Of a stretch of DNA of 64,000 nucleotides, positions 51,712 to 64,000 are shown in pieces. Source of the DNA: Octopus bimaculoides (lineage: Eukaryota); the NCBI RefSeq assembly GCF_001194135.2, contig NC_068985.1, forward strand, positions 68,098,855 to 68,162,854, in the 5' to 3' direction. The notes beneath the pieces were generated by a model, which did not search any database, was not told where the DNA came from, and worked only from the letters and a program-made list of their open reading frames with translations. The translations under genes were made by a program, and so were the position numbers. Position 1 is the stretch's first letter; every line of letters starts with the position of its first letter.

Positions 51712-52782
51712 AACCCAGCTGCAGCTGAATACCCTGTAACTGTAATCAGTTTCAATAAGTAGGAAAAACCTTCAAACACTAATGATCCTTTTTGTTTAAA
51801 TCTTAAATCTCATCAATTTTTTCTGAGATCACTGCATTCTTTAACGTTCTAGCTATCATAATATTATTTCAATTCTATTACAGCAACATATAGAAGCTAT
51901 CATGAAGAGATCTTTGTTAGCATTACTCTGAGAGAGTACTATGAGAGGTCCCTGCAGAAGGATCTGCATGATTACTGAAATTTATCATAATAACAAAAGG
52001 GGTGGTGGTGATCGGCAGGAGCTGCCAGAAATGAATAATGTTGTTAAGGTACCCACGTGGCCCACATAAGGGAGTGGATGGTTTGTAAGGATGTGTGGGT
52101 GGGTGAATAAATGATGGTGGTGGTGTCGACACACTGCAAAATGAGTAGGGTTGAGCCGAGAGCTAGAGATGAAAGAAGGACATAGAAGGGGCGGGCGGTG
52201 AGCACACTGCTGCTGGTAGTAGAGAGGAAACATAATATATGAGGGGAGAGAGCCACTGTAAAGGTGGTGGAGCACCCAGAAACACAGCACTACCAGATGT
52301 TAAACTTTCTGACTGAATAGGTTGAATCCGTTTGAGAACTTCATGTTACAAGTGATCCATTAAAATCAAAATCTTGAGGTGAGCCTTCATCACTTCATCT
52401 AATGTCTTCCAGTAAGGTGTGATTTAAATTAGATGTAGCTGCCATTTCTAGCATGCTGAGCGACCATATAGAGAGCTTATTCATTGATGATGTTTGTCGC
52501 ATGGATGAGGACTGACGTTGTCATTTGAACAGTTTTTAAAATTCATTGTAAAAAATATTTTTTAAATTTCAAGTTAAGTTGATATGTTTCACTAAAACCG
52601 TCACATATTAGTCGTCGTTAAGGCCCAGCCCCTCTTCCGAGAAACATACATTTATTGTGAAGCATGGTTAAATGGTTTTGAATGTCAGGTTCGTTCTATA
52701 AATTTACCGATATTTAATAGCAATGTATGTATGTTATTTTACTACGTATATTGAAAAGGAAAATAATAAAAATTAGAATTAC

Positions 52783-52857
52783 CTTGTTAAAAGCAATGAA
52801 ATATCACTTCAGTAGAACGATGGCAAGACGTGGAACATGGAGTCTTGAACGTCAACA
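52783..52857 (-). other. candidate 75-nt non-coding exon
   Basis: ttatattttccag acceptor and AAG|gtaatt donor on the minus strand; stops in all three frames. Confidence 0.3.
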
Positions 52858-54198
52858 CTGGAAAATATAAGCAGAGCTACAGGATGAAATGCAAATTTGA
52901 TAAAAGAACGTGTATTTATGAAGCGATGAAAAAGTGCTGCCTACACTGAAGAAACTGCACCAACGATGGTGCAAAGTTGCACACCCAACAATGTGCAGTC
53001 ACTGCAGTAGAAACACATGTAGGTCCAGAGAATATGCCGTAAATAACTGTCAAATAAAATTTATGTATGTGAAAACTCATCATTCTCCTTATCTACGGAA
53101 CACGTAGTCCTGAACAAGACACCCGGTATTACCCAACGTGAGTGAGTACTAGAGCCTAACAACTCATTGTTTGCTCGAATACTACATACGGACCGTTGTG
53201 ATTAGCCGGAATCTGAAAACCATTTGAGAGTAAATACGGTACCCACCGTATGTTGAAGTTAATATGGTCGTTCGTTATTTTTGTATAAGTTTATCTCTAA
53301 AGTTTTCATCAGAATAGTAGCATTTAAACTGTTTTGCATAGCCCTAGTTGATACAATTTGAGACGGTTTTTAATTGAATAGGTTGCATCTTTGAGCTCAG
53401 AGCATTTTTGCACAGTTAAGTCTCAATTATAAAATGTGGTATTCACATTTTAGAAGAGCGTACGTTGCTACCTCTAGCAGGTCCCTCAACTACTAATGCC
53501 GAAAATTTGAAACTTAGCTTAAATGAATTTCTATTGCGCAAATGATTTTTAACGGTGGCTAATAATGAATTTATAAAGCTAGGAAATATTTTGCCATGAT
53601 AGATTTAACGCTTCGAAATAATTACAAGATGCTTAATATGATCCTTACGGTCCTAGCTTCAATAGCATTATAATATCAGGTTTCTAATATATGGAAGGAT
53701 TCAAAAATTGACGACAACCTAGAGATAATACTCACGTTCAAAATGACTACAAGCTCGCAATTATTAGCGAGTGAGCTCAATCTGTATTATAATATTTAAT
53801 CATTTAATTTCATTTGCTCTACAGTTTATCATTATTTGTATGTAAGATGTCGGTTACATCAATGAAACTTACATTGTTGAAGTTAGAATAATCGTTAATT
53901 CCGGGCTGAAATTATTGAACCTTATTCATTCAATTTTCCTAATTATGTGTTCAGTGACTTGCTTTTATGGGGTCAAATAACAATTACTTCTTCATACATA
54001 TTCGTCCTCTTAAAGAGTAGCAGGCATACTGCTCTGACAATATACATCGATACAATTCCATAAACGGTTTCGTACTTTGGAATTGTTTAACTATGGAAGG
54101 TCTTACGTAATGGATGCATTTCCTATGATATATAATGCAAACTTGAAATACATCTATAAAATGTTTCCAAAATATCAGTTTGGTTTGACTTTATTATG

Positions 54199-54238
<40 letters not shown>

Positions 54239-54638
54239 AGCAAAATAGCTGGTTATAAAATCTCAAGAAGAGATAGAGTAGTAACGAATACTAAACATTA
54301 AAGCGAGTAAGCCACATCAAAGTGACAGATGAATGTTATTACTAGTTTAACCCCAGGCAGATCCTCCGCCAGCTGGTTTTCGGTACAAGCTCTGCACCCT
54401 TTATGTACAAAACTACTAACCTCCAACAGCTGATAGGATCGCGGGACCGGCTGGTTTCGAGCTATTTGGCTCATGTCAGGCGAACGCGCCCGTGCAGTAG
54501 AGTGTAGATAAGATCAGCCTCTGCCAGTGGTATACTGTAAATAAAGTGACCATCAGTCACTGATTTGCAACAGGCAAATTAGCGAGTTATAAATGCTCAA
54601 GAAGAGAAAGAGTAGGATTTCTAGGCCGTGTAAATAAT

Positions 54639-54712
54639 CTTGGAAAGTTGGGTCTCCAGCCAGTCCTTTCGAGATACCCTTAAAGCCAGGAACTTTTCTG
54701 CACCTCCTCCTG
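54639..54712 (-). mobile_element. solo end of the 47064-47281 MITE family
   Basis: The reverse complement aligns with 47064-47135; followed by TA. Confidence 0.8.
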
Positions 54713-55186
54713 TATCTATAATACATTAAAAGTCGGCTTCAATCTTGCTTCTTTGCTTGCAATGTTACACAGCCAACCTGGCGCATAATGGGAAATTACT
54801 ATTAATTGTCTCCTTGAAATGTAAACACGAACGGAGTAAAACAATTTTTGCGTAAATCGGACAAATGGTTGTGTAGATGTTAGTGCAATAAAGGACCCGG
54901 AATACCAGCTACGTGGTAGCAGGGCGTACAATAAATAGCAGCCAAATCTTACATTCTCTGGGGAAAAGAGCCGTTTACGCGTGATTTCGATGTCATATTC
55001 GTCGAAACAACATGGAGTAACCTGGAAGAGAAAGAAAAACGTCTCGAATCACAGCTCCGTGGGTGGGAAACTCAGATTAAATCACCGCTTATTCAACTTA
55101 TTCCAATCTTATCGTTCTTCATCCCCGTTATACATGTACGTACATATCTATATCAATATATATCTATCTATCTGTCTGTCTATCTA

Positions 55187-55416
<230 letters not shown>

Positions 55417-57520
55417 CACTTCTGTAAGGGAAAGCGGGAAGCAAAGCGAGAAATAGTTGACGAGAAAGAAGGAAGAGATGAACTAATATTTTAAAATCGA
55501 CAAATCGTCTAAAATTTTATAGTAAGTGAAGTCATAAATTGCTATCATGCAATATTTATTCATTTTTCGTATCCAATTAAAGAGATATGAAGTAAATCTT
55601 TGCAACTGGGGACATAAAGTGGGCATAGAACCCTATTGAAAATGATAGGATCCATTAAGCTGCTAATGAATAACATTCGTCACACCAATATAATTACTTT
55701 ATATACAGACACATTTTCAATGCAGCAGCAGCTTGGGTATGTCAACATATTTTTGAAAGTATCTGTCATTTTAAAAATATCATATCAAGACCTTCATAAG
55801 TCGTAGTTATATTTGCTGGAAATTGGATTCAAATTGGTGGCTGTGAAATAAAAAACCACGGCACTAAACAAAAATATAATGCTAGAAATTGACTGACATT
55901 TTGTTGGTTTCAAGACTTTAGATTCAATTTCAACAAGGAAGCCCCTGGTATTCATATGACTACTGATGAAATATCTGTTTATAATGTAAAATTTGTCATT
56001 CTAAACTATTCAATAGTGAGAAAAATCGAAAAACAATTTGAATGTAGCGTATAATGTATGCTATGAACACTGATGTGAAATGAATTTTCTGTTCAAATTT
56101 ACCAGATTTTCATTGTTTATTTCCGGAGAAAATTTCTGTAAGTTTATACATAGATTTTAGTAGAGAACAAGGCCAAAATAATCAGAAAATTTTATTTTCA
56201 TTTTAAACATGGACCCATGTAGCGTTAAAAAATTTGGTAGATATTTACATTTCTACATATTTCATTAGAAAAAGCTTTCCTATTACACAATCCTTTTCTT
56301 TCTGTCTAGAAAAACATCACTGAATAAAATTACATTATTACGTTTCTCATCTCTACTTTCTTTTCCCTTATAATTTTTTTTACCACACGATAAATAGAAT
56401 TAGATTACCCTAGGACATCTAAAATATGAGATTGACATATAACACTTGGTGTTTCATGTAGATGACATATTTTTATTATTTAAATTATTTACTCCTTCTT
56501 ATTTCTGTCAATTTCAAAAACATTTCCATGAAACATTATTAAAGCAAGCGTGAGCTGCTTCTGATTTTCAAACGGTTTCAAACGTAATCTTTGTATGCTT
56601 GTTTTAAAATGGTAAGTTCGTGATAGGATGTGTACATATTTTACATATGAACGAATGAACAGGCGAATGAGAGAGAGAGGGTGGTGGTGGTGAAAGGAGG
56701 GTGGACGAAAGAGATGTAGAGGGAGAAGGAGAGAGGGGGGGAAAGAAACGGAGAGATAGAACAAGAGTTCGAAAATAGAAGTGAAATCGTTTGCTTTTTG
56801 TTCTGTGTGCTTAACATTTACCGTAACAAACCAGCAAATGAAATAACATTCGGTTAAAATTTTATCATGTGAATGTTCTAGTAATTTCCTTAACACTGAT
56901 TCAATTTTATGATAATATTAATTATGTTAATGACATCTTTTCACTTGGAGTATCACTTTACAGGATTAAGTGTTTTACGGAAATTTCTCTTCAAATGTAG
57001 AAAGATCTTAATGCCAGGAGAATAAAATAACTGAAAGGAAAAATAATGGAAAAGATTTTCGCTTCCTTTGGTTATGATATCTTTTCATATATTCCTTTAA
57101 GTTTTTCGAATGATGTCATGACAACATGACATTAAAGGAAACTATCTTAATTGTGTGTTAATTGTAGTGTTGTCATTTATAATTTGCCTATTTTTTGAAT
57201 CGTCAATTGCACATTTTATCACATTATGGCTGTGTGATGTAAATTTAATATGAATCGACTGTGACATTTCGAAAATTACACTTCTTGTATTGCTATTAAT
57301 GAAGATTTCTGTTTTGAATATTTTCTGTCAGTTAAGCTTGTTTTAAATAAATTTTTGTTCCCTGTTCAGAGAAGGAAGGACATTAATCACGGCTTTTCTA
57401 GTACCTCGGCTCGGAGTGTCGTACGATGAACGAAAGAATCATGTTACCCGCTAGGCTTGGAAACGGGCCCGAGTGCTAAATGCAATCATGGACCAAATAG
57501 TGGTATGAAAGAGAACGAAT

Positions 57521-57567
57521 TCTTTTACGTGTTTCAGTCATTTGACGGCAGCCATACTAGAGCACCA
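57521..57567 (-). mobile_element. SINE family A, 3' tail fragment
   Basis: tgtttcagtcatttgacggcagccatactagagcaccaccttgaa matches the tails at 8985-9040 and 11185-11230. Confidence 0.7.
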
Positions 57568-58409
57568 CCTTGAATGATAAAGTTTATAACACATGAAAAT
57601 GAATGCTCTAAATATGGGATTCCCCACATTCTTTATCTAGAAAATTCTATTTAGAGAACTCCGATCAATCAGATACTATGAGAGTAGGGTATCCCTAAAT
57701 ATGCAACGCAATAAGGTCATACTGAAAAAGCAAGATTCTTAATATCTCAGCACTACTTGTTGATAGCGATAAAATAATGATGATTCAGTGAAATGTGCTG
57801 AACTAAATAAGAATTTGTGATATATATTTATCACAATAGGAAAACAATCAAATGTTGCTCTTATTGTAAGTATTCAATCTATAAGAGTTTTTGTGAAGTT
57901 ATTTATTGGAAATCGTAAAAGGAATCTTGCTGCCGCACTTGTTTTTTAGCCTTACGTCAATCATAATTGAGTAAACATGGAGTTATGCGAATTCATGCAT
58001 TGAACACCTCAACTTAGATGCTATATATTGCCAAGACCAGTTTCTCCACTGTATCCATTCCATTTCGATGATGGAATTGTGATTTGAAGAAATTATGAAT
58101 GCTATTGCTTGCAGTTCTAGCGACCACCTTCTTGGTATAGCTGTCACGCATTTACTCAGAGTACAGTACGCCAGTCTCATAATACTATGAATCAATGTTA
58201 AAACAGTCTTCTTTTTCCGTTCAGTCAACACCCATCGAACAAATTTATTCCAGTATTGAACATCCTGTCTCTTTTTGCAGACATAGCACAGTGTATAGAG
58301 GAATATACAATTCAATGCATCCTTTTTTATAGAAACAATAGGATGAATTGTTGCATTTGTTTGTTGGATTTGTTGTAATTGTCGACTGATTATATAGGAT
58401 TCGAATCCA

Positions 58410-58582
58410 GGTAAAACAAAAAGTCACATATAAAAAGTCGCAGGAAAAGAAGTCGAAGGGGATTTTGTATGGAGTGGGTTATTGTCTTGATTCCATAAAT
58501 TAATTGTGACTTTTTTCCTGTGACATTTTTCCTAGCCAAAATTATGAGTTTATTACTAACTTCTTCATGTGACTTTATTACC
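58410..58582. mobile_element. small MITE-like element with repeated aaagtcac subterminal motifs in inverted orientation
   Basis: Left ggtaaaacaaaaagtcaca..aaaaagtcgcaggaaaa; right tgtgacttttttcctgtgac..gtgactttattacc. Confidence 0.55.
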
Positions 58583-59625
58583 AGTCGCCTAGGAAGCTCC
58601 TCGATGTCAAAGGTGATTGATGGTTGTTATTGTAGATTGACCAAAAAAACCTATGAATAAGAATTTTACATCCATGAACGTCGCATCAAGAAATACTTTA
58701 TGCATCATGATGCATTTCCATTTCGAAATTTGTGCGAATTGACTATTGTGTTCGAGATTTGACTGTTCGAACGACCGCTGACATGGTAGCATGAAACGCA
58801 AGCGGTCGGTCTCAAACTGGCTATCTAGCTGCTTCTCTTCCATTCTTTCTGTCACTGTACAATGAGATAACATCGAAAGTGTGTTTTATCTATACTTATA
58901 CGGTAATTACCATCATTATGATGGAAATAACGTGAACTTATTGTATTTTTCAAGCAAATATAGTATAATTCCCATTGAAATATTTAGTAGTCAATCAGCA
59001 ATTAGTTCGTCTCATGACAAAGGACACAGTGTCCAGCCATAAAAAAAGAGATTACGAAGAGAAATAAACATAATAATGTCTTATTGAGATACAGTACAGA
59101 TGTTACATATGTCCCTATAACCAAGATGTTAAAGCATTAGTTCTAGCAATAAAACTTATTAATGTGTATATAATAAGGTAATATTTCCATGCTGACATAT
59201 ATCAACAGAAGTGCGATGAAATATGCAGTAAATAACTTATTTGATAGTAATCAGAAAATCTGCCTATCATAAATTATATTTGTTGAAAGTCGATATAGAA
59301 ATAACAGTTTCTTATGTGTCTAATAAACATACCACATTTGAAAGACAAGAAAATGTGTGAAGTTTGATGGGTGTTGATAGAAATCTTAGAAATGTCTTCA
59401 TCACTTGATCAAAATTTCATGAATCAGCAATAGACGACGTAAACGACAGAGAAAACAAATATAAATAAACAATCTCGTTAATACATAATAACGCCAACGC
59501 ACAGGGTTGATTTAACATTAGCAGACAGGTTCGTAACAGGTAATTAATCAGAATATGTCGAAATGTGCGCGCCTCTCTCTCTCTCTCTCACACACTCTCT
59601 CTTGCTCTCTCTCTCTCTATCTCAG

Positions 59626-59664
<39 letters not shown>

Positions 59665-59970
59665 NNNNNNNNNNNNNNNNNNNNNNNNNNNNNNNNNNNN
59701 NNNNNNNNNNNNNNNNNNNNNNNNNNNNNNNNNNNNNNNNNNNNNNNNNNNNNNNNNNNNNNNNNNNNNNNNNNNNNNNNNNNNNNNNNNNNNNNNNNNN
59801 NNNNNNNNNNNNNNNNNNNNNNNNNNNNNNNNNNNNNNNNNNNNNNNNNNNNNNNNNNNNNNNNNNNNNNNNNNNNNNNNNNNNNNNNNNNNNNNNNNNN
59901 NNNNNNNNNNNNNNNNNNNNNNNNNNNNNNNNNNNNNNNNNNNNNNNNNNNNNNNNNNNNNNNNNNNNNN

Positions 59971-60015
<45 letters not shown>

Positions 60016-60115
60016 CATAGTAAGCACATAAATGCGAAACAAAGTGGAAAAAATAGTACTCGCATACCAGAGGTAGAGTAATATGCTTTATTAAAAAGCA
60101 GCAGAAATATCACAA

Positions 60116-60161
60116 AAAACTGTTACTCAGAGTTTCATGTCCCCGTTCGTCGGACAGTTTT
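60116..60161 (-). ncRNA. minimal type I hammerhead ribozyme motif (PLE pseudo-LTR type), two substitutions from canonical
   Basis: Minus strand: aaaactgt CCGACGA acg-ggga-cat GAAA ctc-t-gag TA acagtttt. 8-bp stem I, CUGANGA core with U4>C, GAAA, minimal stem III, GUA cleavage triplet. Confidence 0.75.
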
Positions 60162-60231
60162 GTGTAGAAAACATAAATCCGAAAGAAACACACTCTAATA
60201 TGTAGAGCAGTATATACTAAAAGTTTGGTAT

Positions 60232-60458
60232 GCCGGTTTATGGGATATTTAGGTTTCCCGTCCTTAAAAAGGTTTAGCTTTATGGTGTATTGTCATATCC
60301 CCAAAATCTGTTTGCGCAATATTTCATCTTGTAGTGTCTGCATTTCCTCCTCAATGTATTTGAGAGGCCATGGGCCAACTGGTTTTTGGGATCTGACGAT
60401 ACGCCATATATTTAAACACTTCATGAACGGGAAAACTAAGGTAATCCCATAAACCGGC
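60232..60458. mobile_element. 227-bp element with ~30-bp terminal inverted repeats
   Basis: gccggtttatgggat (60232-60246) is the exact reverse complement of 60444-60458, continuing imperfectly to tttcccgt / acgggaaa. Confidence 0.6.
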
Positions 60459-62849
60459 CTTCCCCATTCTTAGTACATTTGTAACGGTTAAGATTTGTTA
60501 GGTACACAATATTATGAAATGTCAGAGTCAGCAGTTGCGACGATAAAAATTTGTTGTTATAAGATGGGAAGTATGAACAATGCATGGATTTTTAAGAAAG
60601 TATTTATTTACTGTTACGTGGAACAATACCACACCTCGACGGGCAGGTTATAAAATCCTAGAGCATACGTAAGAAAGATGTGGTAGAATGTTTCTTTGCA
60701 TAGTTTGGCGTATACGAATTGTTAGTAGTAATCCACAGACAGCGATAGAATGTTGTAAGAGAACAGAATTAGAGCTAGTGAAAGTTGTAGGGTGTGGACG
60801 TTGTCTCACAGTTGCTGATAGTAAACTTCATTTCTCCCTCTTGCCAAGGTTCTAGCTGGTCAGCCAGACTTCGTTCTCATTGAGTCGTCACCATGTGATT
60901 CAAATCGTTGAGTCATCACCGACTGATGACTGAACTGTCTTTTTCTTGCGGGCTCTTGTTTTTATAACTATCCAGAAGGATAGACATATTGAGAAGAATG
61001 GATTTAGTTGGTGGTCTTGTTATCTCTATTCTAGCTTTTGGTGAAGTAGAAGAGGTTAGAAAGGGTCCAGTGGTGATGACTTCGGCCTAGCTAAAGGCAT
61101 CTGGAAAATGTAAAACTGCTGTCAGAAAAAAACCTTTGTTCCACCGTGGGAAACGTTCTGTTGCAGAGTTAATTTAAATTTGGCTATAGTGGATCGAATC
61201 CACTTCATGCATGCAAGATCCACTACATATATACATGGAAGTATGTCAAGGTAGAAAATGGTTAAGTAATTTTATTAAAAAAACATTTCAGATATCGATG
61301 GCCCCAAATAAGGACCGTATCAGATATTATATATATATATATATATATATATGGTTCAAAAATATTATAAACGCAGAGAACAGTTGAAAGGACAATAGAC
61401 AGAGTGTATTAGTTTAATGCTAAGGAACAATGGTAGAAGCTTTAACATTTTGAGCCTACACACTTCTACAGAAAAGAATGCGGAGAGAAAACATAACATC
61501 TGAACTGATTATTAATATTGCTATGCCTAAGAGAAATCACAACACACACACGCGGATATTTTACATAATTTATTTCGGAGTTTCTATGATAATCTAATTA
61601 TCGATAAACACTGAACAAGCCAGTATTTCTAACAATATAATTTAAAAACATACATGCTTACTATGGACTTCCGGTAACGCATGCACAATGACCTCTTTCT
61701 ACACTGGGGCCCTCGCTTCAAGGAAGTTACCATGACCGGACAATAGTTTGTGCTCATGGGCGCAAGTGACGTGTTCGTTTTTGAATTTCTCCTTGGCAAA
61801 CATTGCATATTCGAACTTCTTTAATACTTCCTTTACTATCTGTATGTGATATAAGCCATTAAAAAATGTTCGTTGCATTTTTCTTATATACTTATTTTCA
61901 TTAACGGCTTACGTTTTTAGCCTGTTTCAATTACTGACAACGTTTTATGTTGAAACATTTTCGTTAGTTAGATTTACACTTATTATTACAATTTTTATAT
62001 TTTTTTTCCAGTTAATATTCCTAATTTATTCATAGCTTTTATTCTTAATTTTAAACGCACGTTCTCTTAACTGCTTTGCAATATTTCATCTTATAGTGTC
62101 TGCATTTTCAACTGTTTGTATGCTTTACCAGCGTTTAGCTAAGAATATTTCATTGCTTTAAATACGGTAAGTATACATTTCTCTTTTCATCACAAGAAAT
62201 ACTAAGAATACATTGCGATTAAATATATAGATACCGACTTACTTCACTTTCATTTTGTATGCAACGATATTTAATTACATAACTGCATATTATATACAAA
62301 AACAACAACACATCTTTCGTTCGGTTTGCATCAAAAGGGAAAAGGATAGCAATGTGAGCGAAGGTGAAGAATACGCACACCACACGTTTTCGAGGTTTAG
62401 GGTTAGGGCTACACCGAAAACTAGTGGTGCGCGTATTCTTAACCTCCGCCAATAATATGAAAGACAACGTGCCAATTTTTCACTACACATAAATGCATAG
62501 AGGAAAACGGTATTTACGATGATATTCCGTGTAGTAACGAGTACCAACTATATTAAAAAGCATTGAAGTCGGTATATAGTTAATTTAGTACGATCGTTTC
62601 ACAGTTAAGAGCAAAGAATACTCCATTCTGATCTTCAGCTAAATATTCTAATAAATTTGTTAATGTCTAAATAACTCACGTTACATAATATAGGGATCAG
62701 CAAAAGTTGCTTCACCAACATACAGGAAATTTAGAAATAGCAGTTAAATTTACTAATTCTAACTACAATTAAGTCTCTAACAGATAGCGATACTCATGGC
62801 TTCGTGCGGTCTCCTTGTTTGATGATGGATTCGCCTTTTCATGAGATGC

Positions 62850-63110
62850 TATCCATTATTGTTTTCGCTGGATGTTGATATAGACAACCAATGTTTCATA
62901 ACTTCTGATAATTATACCCACAAATATTTCAGTAGCATGCCTACGCCTGAATGACGAACAAAATGGACCTACAGTCCAAGTTTAGACATGTTTCTCTAGT
63001 CTATGAATGTGTTTTATGATCGGAGAGTATGTTGAACAGAACTGCTTTCTAATCCGCTTGCAGTTTGCTTTGGATTGTCCTGGATTGCAGTTTTCAGATG
63101 TTCAGTAATA
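62850..63110 (-). mobile_element. decayed CR1-like 3' RT fragment
   Basis: Minus-strand remnants resembling SQL.S..LEAV..SKLGL..RRRH..IFVGII; weak, with many frameshifts. Confidence 0.35.
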
Positions 63111-63690
63111 GCTGAAATTAGTTGTCAGATTGAGGTAATCTGTGAAACAAAAATTTCTCGAGAAAAATTGGCGAAACAATCATTGACATGTACGGAAACA
63201 TAAAGTTTTATTTCCATAGAACCAATATTTCTCGCCGCCTCCAACGTAGAAGAGCCTCTTTAGATTTCACCCAGTATGCAGTTTTTGACAAAGTCTGATC
63301 TAAAATAATTTTAAAAGAGTAAAATCGATACAAATTTAACTACTGTCGTATAAGGTAATCTGGTAAGAAAGAATAAATACATTAGGATATTAACATTAAT
63401 GCTTAGTGTATTGTTTTGAAAAAAAGTACTTTCAAAGTGATCGGTTCAAAAATGCTACATGATACTTTGCCTACCTAATACGTCTCTTAGATATTGTTTT
63501 TCAGAAGTGAGTAAAGGTTTAGGAATCTACCAAAAGTATTCACTCAGGCAATGTAAACAATGTTAAAAGCACCATTTTAATACTTTTCATATGAATGAAT
63601 AAAAATGGAAACATTCTGCTTTAGTTTTTCATTTAAGTATATAACTTCAATATATATATATATATATATATATATNNNNNNNNNNATATA

Positions 63691-63722
<32 letters not shown>

Positions 63723-64000
63723 GGTGTTAGTGTATTCTCTGATGTGTGACAGCGTTTGTGTCAGTGTACGCTTGTCCATGTGTTTATTCGTTTATATATA
63801 TGTATGAATATGCAGTAGTATTCTTTGGTGCAATACACATTTGCAGATGATTTCCAATTGCTACGTAACGGTTACCTTACATAACTACGAAGCGTCCGTA
63901 TCAAATGCATTCAAAAGGACAATTTTTATGATTATTCCGATGTGGTTATATATGCATATATGCGTGTGTGCATGTGAGTGGTGTGTGGGGGTGGGGAGGC

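Overview
This is AT-rich, repeat-dense eukaryotic (animal) DNA from a gapped short-read assembly, with at least 11 N-gaps, most of them at (TA)n arrays. The composition and repeat families look like an octopus (coleoid cephalopod) genome; that is my inference, not a database result. I found no intact host gene, rRNA, tRNA gene or CRISPR array. The supplied ORFs are microsatellite or gap artefacts, fragments of decayed transposons, or unrecognised short AT-rich frames. The window holds three mariner pseudogenes, several mariner-derived MITEs, CR1-, RTE- and R4/Dong-like LINE fossils, three Penelope-like element (PLE) fragments and several SINE families. Most notable: (i) a ~550-bp non-coding element flanked on both sides by (AAT)n/(AAC)n and twice found beside R4/Dong-like remains; (ii) a near-intact minimal hammerhead ribozyme at 60116-60161 plus degenerate ones; (iii) mariner MITEs built from inverted end duplications; (iv) a hairpin with a TTAGGG loop; (v) a CpG-depleted domain at ~40-52 kb that may mark an unrecognised small-exon gene; (vi) an Illumina adapter remnant and a gap-spanning duplication, both assembly artefacts. 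All identity figures are by-eye estimates.
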